A stretch of 46,119 nt of DNA from Octopus sinensis (Eukaryota): NCBI RefSeq assembly GCF_006345805.1, contig NW_021832801.1:1-46119 (forward strand). The letters are read 5' to 3'. A program made the position numbers and the translations under genes. Below are positions 35,565 through 46,119 of the stretch, one piece after another (the stretch's first letter is position 1; every line of letters starts with the position of its first letter). A model generated the notes under the pieces. It saw nothing but the letters and a program-made list of their open reading frames with translations, ran no database searches and had not been told where the DNA came from.

Positions 35565-36290
35565 ATGGAGGAAAGAGAGAGGGAGGGAGGGAGAGACACT
35601 AACAGACAGACGGACGGACAGAAACACAGAGATAGAGAGAGATAGAAAGAGAAAGAGAGAGGGAGAGAGAGACAGATAAACAAACAGTCAAACAAACAAA
35701 CGGACAAAGAGAGAGAGAGAGACAGACAGAGAGAAAGAAACAGGGAGAGAGATTGACAGACAGAAACAGAGAGAGAGAGAGGCAGAGAGAGTAAATGAGA
35801 GAAGGAGGGAGAGATAGACAAACAAACAAACAAGCGGACAAAGACAGAGAGACAGAGAGAGAGAAAGAGAGAGGTAGAAAGACTGACAGACAGACGGATA
35901 GACAGAAACAGAGAGATAGAGAGAGAAAGAGGGAGGGAGAGAGTAGACAAACAAACAAACGCACATACAGACACAGAAAGAGACAGAGAGAGACAGAGAC
36001 TGATAGACAGTCGGACAGACAGAAACAGAGAGGGATAGAGAGTAAAATACTGAGGGAGAGAAGGAAAAAGAGAGTGGGAGAGAGACACTGACAGACAGAC
36101 AAACAAACACATGGACAGAGACAGAGAGAGAGAGAGAAAAAGAGAGTGGGAAAGAGAGAGAGGAAAAGAGAAACGGACAGACAGACAAACAAAGAGACGG
36201 ACTGACAGACAGAGAAAGGGAGAGAGAGAGAAAGAGAGAGGGGAGAGACCGACGGACAGACAAAGGGAGTGGAAGAGGGGAAGGCAGAAG
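35565..36290. repeat. (GA)/(GACA)/(AAAC) purine-rich low-complexity tract
   Basis: Direct reading. Confidence 0.93.
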
Positions 36291-36510
36291 AGCGGGGTTC
36301 AAGTATTTCTTATAAATCTGAAAGGTGAACTGACACAGTTTTTACGGTTAGGTACACAACATTCTCCACCCGGAATTTATTCCTTCTCCGGGTACTTAAG
36401 CATATAAATACTACTTTTTGATGTACGAGCTCTTTGCTGTCGTCGTCGTCGTTGTTAGTGTTCTTGTTGTTATTGTTGATGTCGGTCGGTATTGTAGTCA
36501 TTGCAGTGAA

Positions 36511-36822
36511 GACCCGCGGCTTAGTGGTTAGGGCGTTCGGATCACGATCGTAAAGTCGTGAGTTGGACTCCTGACGGCGTGTTGCATCTTTGAGCAAAAT
36601 ACTTCATTTCACGTTGCTCCAGGCCACACAGCTGGCAAGACTGAGTTGTACCAGTAATTCAAACGGGGCCACCCTTGTCACATTCTGGGTCATGCTCAAT
36701 CTCCTTGGCAACGTCGTTATGGGTACGTTTATATGTAGAATGCTTAACCAATTGCACGTTAATTTCACGAGCAGGTTGTTCCCTTGACCAGATCAACTGG
36801 AACCGGCGTCGTTGTAGCCAAG
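36511..36822 (+). mobile_element. SINE family C (tRNA-derived head)
   Basis: A-box-like GGCTTAGTGGTTAGG and B-box-like GAGTTGGACTCC; body homologous to 32679-32993. Confidence 0.85.
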
Positions 36823-36864
36823 CACTGAGGAACACTAGCCTTTAGTGCATGGAACCATTTAAAC

Positions 36865-37171
36865 CAACGGTTTTCGACCGGGGTTCGTATGACACCTGGG
36901 GGTCCATGTAAGACTTTTAGGGAATCCACAGTAATATTTAAAGGGTACATGAAAAACTATTTACTTTCGATGTATTTATAGCAAGTAGTAGCCATGTTTC
37001 TTTCGCTAATGTTTTATAAAGTTCAGCTTACACAAACGTATGCATGAAAACAAAAATTTTGAAAGAAGCATCTATAAAACTAGTTTTTAAACATCAAATG
37101 GCTCTGGGGGTCCACCAGAACAGATTAATAATCAAGGGGGCCCATAGGCACAAAATGGCTGAGAACCTCTG
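36865..37171. mobile_element. hAT-type MITE, old
   Basis: Imperfect TIRs CAACGGTTTTCGACC / GGCTGAGAACCTCTG (cf. CAGnGGTTCTCAACC), subterminal GGGGTCC motifs; 8-bp flanks ATTTAAAC/ATTCCAAT match 5 of 8. Confidence 0.65.
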
Positions 37172-37843
37172 ATTCCAATAATCAAAGAATATATCTTAAT
37201 AGTTATCATCGGCTTATAAATTACAGAGATGTTATGTACACACAGTGCATTTAAAATTTACGACAGCTGTTTCGTTAGGATTATAAGTATTTAATCCAAT
37301 TAATAATATGCATAATATATTCTGTTTTACAGAATTTAACCTTAATATTATTTTAATATGCTGCCACATTTTTTTTATGGAATTTTTTTTCTGTAAAAAA
37401 ACTTCATCCTATATTAGTAGTAGACTTATTACTATTCGCTATAGGGACTGGTAACCACTATAAGCTGTAGTGGAGGTGCTGAGGCTGACCAAAGGATTTT
37501 ATTTTTAGATATATCTGGGGTACTTATATGTACTCATGATTTTTTCTTCGGCTTTTTTTCCATGGGCGCATGTAAGTATATCATTTATTTCTTTTCGTAT
37601 TTTCTACTGAAGATGAAAAAATCTATTATGAGATTAGTTCCAAAATTGATACAATATAGAAATAACGAACTTTTTAAAAAAATTCTATTGGTTGGCTTTC
37701 CTCGATTTGAGCTCTTCGTGTTTTCTGTAGCGAGTAAATAATATGTGGAAATTGACGATTTAAAGTATGTTATCAGCATATTGGCAAATAAATAATTTTC
37801 TTTAGCCCTTATTTATAAGTTGTTTATACATATATATGTATAT

Positions 37844-37889
<46 letters not shown>

Positions 37890-37919
37890 CACACACACAC
37901 ACACACGCACACACACACA

Positions 37920-37988
<69 letters not shown>

Positions 37989-38003
37989 CATACATACACA
38001 TGC

Positions 38004-38372
38004 GTGGCTGCGTGGTAGGAAGCTTGCTTCCCAACCACATGGTTCCGGGTTCAATCCCACTGCGTGGCACATTGGGTAAGTGACTTCTACTATAGCCTTG
38101 GGCCGACAATAGCCTTGTGAGAGGATTTGGTAGACGGGAACTGAAAAAAGCCCATCGTATGTGTGTGTGTGGGTGTCTTTGTGTCTGTGTTTGTCCCCTC
38201 ACCATCGCTTGATAACCGATGTTGGTATGTTTACGTTCCCGTAACTTAGCGGTTCGGCAAAAGTCACCGTTAAAATAAGTAGCAGGCTTAGAGAGAATAA
38301 GTCCTGGGGTCAATTTCTTCGACTAAAGGGCGCTGCTCCAGCATACCCGCAGTCAAACGATTAAAACAAATA
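38004..38372 (+). mobile_element. SINE family A, near full length
   Basis: GTGGCTGCGTGGTAGGAAGCTTGCTTCCCAACCACATGGTTCCGGGTTCAATCCC head through the tail. Confidence 0.9.
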
Positions 38373-38527
38373 AAATAATCTCTCTCTCTCTCTCTCTCCC
38401 TCTCTCTCTATATATATTTATATATGTGTATATATATATATGTATATATATATGTGTATATATATATGTGTATATATATGTGTGTATATATATTATATAT
38501 TCGACTTTTGTTTTTTTCGTAAACTCC

Positions 38528-38597
<70 letters not shown>

Positions 38598-39435
38598 TTA
38601 AGATCAACTTTACTACAACACAAGATAGCTTTGGGCAGAAGACAGAATTACCAGCTGCGGGTCAACTAGAATCAGTGACCAACGGCAGTCATGTTCACCG
38701 TTTCAAGTGTTTTGCGATGTTCTTAATGAAATTCCAGACTCGACTGGACAGGCAAGAAAACACAGTCTGTCGTCTGTTCCCGCAGAAACGATTCCGAGGG
38801 GAAGAGACCAATCAGTGGACAGACAGAAACAAGAATGTCATTTGTTCCAAGAAGGTATAAAAAAAAAAAAAAAAGAAACTAAAGAGAAACGGTTCTGTGA
38901 GGGAAAGAGGCCAATAAACATCGTCTCAAGAAACAGCTTCATTTGACAGTTCACAACCAAACCTATCTATCATGATATTAGTCCGAATTGATCCGACACG
39001 TAAGACTTGTATTAGGTTTGTTTTGCTGTGTTGTGTTGTGTTTTTCTCAGTGTTGTTTTATGATGTCGGTTGTTTGTGCTGTATTGCCTATTGATCGGCC
39101 GATATGCTGTTTCTGCTGTTTTTGTTGTAGTTGTTGTTGCTCTTTGCTTTGTTTGCTTTTTTAGGAAAGTAAGTTTTGAGGTTGCAGGTTTTTTCCGGTA
39201 TTTTTATTTTTATATTGAATAGTATAGTTAAAATGTTTCCTATATGCTACCCAGTTCGCACGCACGCATATAAATACACACATAAGCACACACACAGACA
39301 CACACATATCTATTTGCTTAGGGACACATATAGACGAACGCCTTCACATACGTACACGCACAAAAACATACACAAATACCTATATATGTATATATTCTTA
39401 CACATATATACTTATATGTTTATATGTATATTTAT

Positions 39436-39492
<57 letters not shown>

Positions 39493-40594
39493 GATTATAT
39501 ATATATATATAAACGTCTATGCGCGCGCGTGTGTGTGGCCTTGTGATGAAGATGCACATTCCTATGTATGTATATATATGTATACATATGCATACTTACT
39601 TCTATACATATATGTATGTATATACATATATAGCTGTGCAAATATATACAACGTGGCTCCAGGTTCGATTTCATCGCGCTGTTCCTTGGATGCATAAGTA
39701 ACAGCCACGGTTCAACCTAAATATTGGATATGGAATTCGGTAGAGAGAAACTCTGTGTGTGTGTGGGTGGAGGGGGCTTTCTATAAATGTTGTTTCTGTT
39801 TCTGGACGAGTGACTTAATTTCTTACCCAGATTAAGTCAACTATCTGGCAACTTAAGCATTAACTTCCAGAGTATATAGATGTTTCGGCGACTACTCGTC
39901 TCTTATGACTCTGTAGAATGAGAAAGAAGATCGAGTATAGAGTTCTCTTCTATATATATATAGCTTTAAAATGTTGGTAGCAATTTTTTTGGGCCAACAG
40001 ATACGCTTAAAACTTAGAAGACAGAAATTAATCTAATTCAACCATTTATTCAATGAAACTGCTTAACGACTTTTCAGATTTTAATTGCGTCATTAAAAAA
40101 TATGAATCTTGATTGTTTCCCAAAATATATATCAAGATTATATTTATGTTCCTATCATACCTCAAAATAAGTTTATACACATGGAAACATACACGTATGC
40201 GCACGCATATATAAACGACAACACGCTTAGGCTTGGAAACGTACATAATGGGTAGAAAATAAACCGAAGAAACACGTGAAAAAAAAACGAGAATTGCGGA
40301 ATGGAATTCAGATGGGGAGGTCATGGATATGTATGGCGAAGACATTTTTGACCATAGGAAAGGACTGTTCTGTAATTCATGCATTAGAGGAGATAGATCA
40401 AAATTATAACCGGAGCGTGTGTTCTTTATAATTTGCTGAGAAAATGAAATTTCCAATGTACAACACATATACAAGTATGTACACATGCGCATATATATAC
40501 GTATACACACATACATATATATAAAAATGTGCATTACAAATACATGTACATATCTATATGTGTCTGTCTGTTTGTCTATCTATCTATCTATCTA

Positions 40595-40673
<79 letters not shown>

Positions 40674-42349
40674 GGAGAAGTAAGCCCATGCCGTCCACCA
40701 GCGCCTCCGTTGTGGGACGCTGGACCGACGGTCCGGTCGAGTTGCTCGGGGTCTGGTTCGGTCCGGACCTCCAAATGGAGAAGAACTGGAACGAGATAAT
40801 GAGTAGGGTGGTCACTCTCGCCCGGCAATGGGCCGAGAGGAAACTGTCCCTAAAAGGTCGGGCGGAGGTGGCGAACACGTACATCGCATCCGTCATCTAC
40901 TACCGCCTGACCGTCGTGCCTTGTCCCGACCCTACCATCACCAAACTAGAACGCATTCTCTTTCGCTTCTTGTGGCAAGGATGCGTCCCGATGGTCAGGC
41001 GATCCATTTGCTGTCAACACCCGTTAAAAGGAGGACTGGGCATGCCGTGGTTGATGAGGCGCAGACACGCGCTGAGACTGCGACATCTCAGGCTCTTCGT
41101 AGACGACGGTGAACAGGTGTGGTCGCCGTTTGTGAGGCACGCTTTCCCGCAGCTCGTCTCCATGACCGAACTGCAATCGTGGATCAAAAAGAGGCCGAGG
41201 AAGGGCGAATGGAACCGCGAGTGTCGCGTTGCCCTCAAGCAACTCTGCCGTCCTGGGTCAACCTTGAGTGACTCCATCACAACCAAAGCATTCTATAGGG
41301 GATTAGTGGAGGGGAGGTACGACGACGAGCTCGGGGCGAACCTGGACGTCGACGAGGAGTACCTGACCCGCCTGTTCGGGACGACTTTCGGGCCAGGGCC
41401 CATGGACAACTTCCAGAGATCCCTGGCCTGGCAGTGCTAACGAGAAGCGCTACCCGTTCGGGATAAGCTCTACAGACACGGCTCGAGAAACACGGGGCCG
41501 ACCTGCCCGAGATGCGGCAGAGCGACGAAACGCTGCACGCACTCGTGCAGTGCCCAACAATTTCCGACCTGTGGGCTTATGTCGAACAACTGCTGTCACG
41601 TGTGGGACGAGTCGGTTTATCAGCTGAGTCTATCGTCAATATGTCACACGCCTCCTTCCTTCAAACGGGAAGGAAGAGCTATTTTCATCATCCTTGTGGC
41701 TATGGCGAGAAAGAATGTATCTGGTGGACGCGTCTGAAAGGATTGGAGACAAACACTTTCCTCTCTAGTCAATCTCTCATCAACTTCTTCAAGTACCACT
41801 TGAAAAGGAAAGTGGGAGTAGAGAGGCAAGTTTTGTCTAGCGAATTTTTAAAAAAGATGGGTGAATGTAGCAAGTATGGCACGTATGAATGACGAAGCCA
41901 CCTTGAGCATAATCGTATGAACCCAGAAATTGAAAACAGAGGGTTACCCACTTGCAAACAAATGTGGTAACATATAACAATATGGTCTTTTTCGTAGGCT
42001 TTTCTTCCCACGGATAAACCTTACTTGCTTTCCCCTTTACACCATACATCATGACACTGTGATACACGATCCCTATTGATCGTTTTTTTTCCTCTCCCCC
42101 TTTTTTCTTCTTTTTTCATTTTTCTTTTCTTTTTTCCCTTTTTTCTTTTTTTTTGTTTTCCCTTTTTTCTTCTTTTTTCTTTTTTCTTTTCATTTTTTCC
42201 TTTTTTTCTTTTTCTTCTTCTTTTTTCCCTTTTACGATCCCTTTTGATCGAAAACCTACGCCAACTTTTTTTTTTCTCCCCCAAAAGAAAAGCTCTACCT
42301 TGTAACTTGTCCCATCCGTGTGCAGCCCTGTGTCGCCAATAAAGAAACT
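40674..42349 (+). mobile_element. 5'-truncated Tx1/L1-group non-LTR retrotransposon: RT thumb, C-terminal Zn knuckle, pyrimidine-rich 3' UTR
   Basis: LLGVWFG..W..RKLSLKGRAEVANTYIASVIYY..FRFLW..GGLGMP; in-frame TAA at 41438, then REALPVRDKL..CPRC..DETLHALVQC with a -1 frameshift; AATAAA at 42338; (TATC)n on both sides. Confidence 0.92.
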
Positions 42350-42377
42350 TATCTATCTAATCTATCTATCTATCTAC

Positions 42378-42428
<51 letters not shown>

Positions 42429-42464
42429 ACTATCTGTCTGTCTGTCTGTCAGTCTGTCTCACTG

Positions 42465-42534
<70 letters not shown>

Positions 42535-42559
42535 AGTCGATCGATCGGTCTATCTATCC

Positions 42560-42650
<91 letters not shown>

Positions 42651-42687
42651 CATCCATCCATCTATCTATCTATCTATCTATCTATCT

Positions 42688-42732
<45 letters not shown>
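42350..42732. repeat. (TATC)n microsatellite; also 40575-40673 and 10648-10712
   Basis: Direct reading. Confidence 0.97.
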
Positions 42733-43287
42733 AAAATCATACACGGTATATATACATACACAAACACATACACATACACATATATAAATACATATATATG
42801 TGCACACAGACCAGACAAAACTGCTGCAACGCTGTTTTGCTCATGATGGCCAAAATAAACAAAAGAAACAGCATAACTAAATACACACACACACACACAG
42901 GCACAAATGTATACACACACACACACACACTCACACACACACACACACGCACACACACACAAGCACACACGCATACATGCACACACACATATATATATGC
43001 AGGTTACACACGCGGCTGCATAAGAACCAATGTTTTATATCCTTTCTCCAGCGAAATTATAGATTTTCTGTCCTGAAGTCTGTTATTTAATCAATTTATC
43101 ACGTGTAAGTTCAATGCCAGTCCCTGTAGACGGAATTCACACTTTCTGCTAGATTAAATATGTTGTTGCAAAGACAGGTGATGTATAAAGATATGTCTCA
43201 AGTCTTGGCTGACGAGCTATCACCTTTCAGCGTCTATACACACACACACACACACACAACGATATAATATATATATATATATATATA

Positions 43288-43326
<39 letters not shown>

Positions 43327-43357
43327 CATATATATTATATATATATGCATGAAAATA

Positions 43358-43405
<48 letters not shown>

Positions 43406-43435
43406 TATATGCACACACACACACACACACATATA

Positions 43436-43503
<68 letters not shown>

Positions 43504-44051
43504 GTATATTCTTGTGGATGTATGTATATATATATATATTTATATATATATATATATCATATATATATATATATGTATGTATAGATAGATAGATTGATGG
43601 ATGGATGCGCATACCACACTCCTGTGTATATTTGATTGCATGTGTGTGTGCAAGTATGCATTTATGCATGTTTGGGTGTGTTTTTATGTTCCTATATATA
43701 TTCGGTTGCTGTTGTGTGTGAGTGTGTGTGTGTGTGTATGTTTGTTACTGTCCACCTGTCGGATTGCGTAGGACGTGTATATACGAGCATACATATTTGC
43801 AATCACAAATACACATCACACATTCGCACACAGAGTTATTGATACCCTCTGGGCGAAGAAATGGCATAACCTGTAAATCTCTATCTGGTGTGTGGCTTTT
43901 AGACGGGTGTCTACCTGTGTACCCCGTGACTTTTCAGACATAGCTGACCTCTGTCAACATTATAACAACGACCACAGTCCCTCCAGCACTCCCTCCCTCT
44001 CTTTCTACCTGTTAACTCCTCCTTCCCTCACAATATTTCTTTCTCTCCATA

Positions 44052-44101
<50 letters not shown>

Positions 44102-44518
44102 CGTCCTCTCACTGACCATTTTTTTTTTATCTGAAACGAATTGCAGGCCGATTCACAAGCACAAAATCGGGCGCCTCAACAATTCTCAATCGATATTTTC
44201 TTGCTAGAAATAGTTACCAAAATCTCTCTCACGTCACAACCTACCATCTAAAACAGATCTCTTTAGATATTGAGGCCTTCAGTGCACTAGAATTAGAAAT
44301 AATACGGTACGGCCACGGCTGGAGAGTTGACCTAGGGCGATACTAAACATTTTTTGAAAATTTTCTCTCCTTGTTTCTTTCTGTGTTCCTTTCTGTGGAA
44401 GAGTGAAGGCACGAAACGTAAAAGACTTTCTCACTTCCCGCGCGTCAAACTAATACATTTTTTGTTGTTTACGCACCTGTCTACTTCTTTTGTTTTGTTC
44501 ATTTTTTTTTTGTAAATC

Positions 44519-44555
<37 letters not shown>

Positions 44556-44589
44556 ATATATATATATATATATGTATATCGTTGCTACT

Positions 44590-45030
44590 ATGTTAAACTG
44601 TCGTATGTCCAAATTTGGCTACATGCGTTTTTTTAAATATTCATTTATGTACAAATATGGTGGTGTCTACTTTTATGTAGAGTCTGACCACCTCTGGTAC
44701 CTACACTTTAGATTCAACATGGCGTCTGATGTGGCTTTTAGACCAGACAATGTATTGAAAAGACACCCACATGGATTGCATATCCGTTTTGGACCACCAA
44801 GAGCTGCAGTTAAGTTCTGATCTTTGAGGATTTTTAAATGTCTTTTGGCGCCTCCGTTAGAATTGCAGAACTTATGGCATACACAGCATTGAAAGAGGTG
44901 CACAGACATATAGGCAGAATAGTTGGCGGAAAATCGTTTTCCATGGGTTCGCAAATGAGATTTGAGCCCAGCAAAAGAAAAGAGTGGTCTGTCACAAACT
45001 CTGCACACAAAAACGGTCACTGAGATTCAC
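44590..45030 (-). mobile_element. LINE (probably RTE) 3' end encoding three C2H2-type zinc fingers, two degenerate
   Basis: ORF 44673-45020: CRVCDRPLFSFAGLKSHLRTH; CCVCHKFCNSNGGAKRHLKI; CNPCGCLFNTLSGLK; no TGEKPY linkers; ends in a (TA)n tail. Confidence 0.65.
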
Positions 45031-45041
45031 CCTCTCAATCG

Positions 45042-45083
<42 letters not shown>

Positions 45084-45225
45084 GTGGCTGTGTGGTAGGA
45101 AATTTCCTTCTAAGCCTCAACGTTCGAGTTTGAGTCCAATAGCCTACGGTGTCACGCAATGAGACTATTATGACCTTAAGCCTTGTGAGTGGATTTGAAA
45201 GACGTAAACTGAATGAAGCTTGACA
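45084..45225 (+). mobile_element. SINE family A head, degenerate
   Basis: GTGGCTGTGTGGTAGGA..AAGCCTTGTGAGTGGATTTG. Confidence 0.7.
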
Positions 45226-45246
45226 TGTATGTAAATAAATAAATAA

Positions 45247-45290
<44 letters not shown>

Positions 45291-45339
45291 CTGTGTGTGT
45301 GTGTGTGTGTACGTTTGCGTGTGTGCATGTATGACGAGC

Positions 45340-45575
45340 GTAAAGATGAACGAAATGCCGCTAAGCATTTTGCCCGGCGTGCTAACGAATCTGCCAGCAA
45401 CGATACAACAGTGATAATAATAATCCTTTCTGCTAAGAGCACAAAGCCTGAAATCTGATGGGGCGGGGGCTAGTCGATAACATCCAACCCAGTGTTTCGC
45501 TGGTACTTCATTTATCGACCCCGAAAAGATGAAAGATGAAGTCGGCCTCAGCGAAATTTCATCTCAGAACGTAGC
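45340..45575 (-). mobile_element. SINE family B fragments
   Basis: CGAAATGCCGCTAAGCATTTTGCCCGGCGTGCTAACG and GGTACTT..ATCGACCCCGAAAAGATGAAAG are reverse complements of family B. Confidence 0.8.
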
Positions 45576-45679
45576 AGCCGCCTTGATGATGATGATGATA
45601 ATGACGACGACGATAATGATGATGATGATAATAATGATGATGTACTACCAGACGGTCGGTCTCATTGCTTTCTCTGCAA

Positions 45680-46119
45680 TGATGCAGCACCAGGCAGTGG
45701 CTTTCATGGCTTTTGATGCCCTTTTGATCTTAACTGATTGGAAGTGTTATCATGTACATTGTTTTGTCTTGGTATAAAAGATGGGCTACAGCAAATATTC
45801 TGCTCAATACCACAGATTTGCTTGTCAGTTGTTTGACTTTAACCAGTTGACCATATCCCTTAGTGGCTGACAATATGTGCATCTCTGACCACGAGCAGAA
45901 GTAGTGGGTGAGCATCATAGCCATGTGTTGAAAGGAATTCTTAGAGGTTTGGATAATTCACCTTTGGAAACATGGGTGGTTCGTTCATCATCCTCTAACC
46001 ACCCTTATTCAGGGACGTTTGGAGTGGGAAGGGCTACTCGACCTGAAGAAAATTCTAACTGGGCCCCACCTGCATGGTGTTTATCTTGATATGAGATCAC
46101 CATATCGCGCACATTTGGT
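45680..46119 (+). mobile_element. Second copy of the 28879-29434 element, cut by the window end
   Basis: GATGCAGCACCAGGCAGTGGC..CTGATTGGAAGTGTTATCATGTACATTG.. is the reverse complement of 29010-29428. Confidence 0.85.

Overview
About 46 kb of AT-rich eukaryotic, apparently intergenic or intronic DNA. Its microsatellite load and SINE families look like an Octopus (cephalopod) genome; this is an inference from pattern recognition, not a database result. No host protein-coding gene can be supported, and nearly all ORFs in the track are microsatellite translations. Recognisable content is retrotransposon fossils: an R4/Dong-type REL LINE 3' end in (TAA)n, a Tx1-type LINE 3' end in (TATC)n, RTE endonuclease and zinc-finger remnants, Penelope-like (PLE) RT-thumb/GIY-YIG remnants, three tRNA-derived SINE families and a hAT-type MITE. 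The most striking signal is a dense set of type I hammerhead ribozyme (HHR) motifs from unrelated sequence families. About seven are complete or nearly so and several more are decayed. Most have GUA cleavage sites, palindromic (dimer-type) stem III and U at position 11.1. Four loci hold them as divergent head-to-head pairs forming foldbacks of 150 bp to 1.07 kb. All structures were paired by eye; no folding or search program was run.
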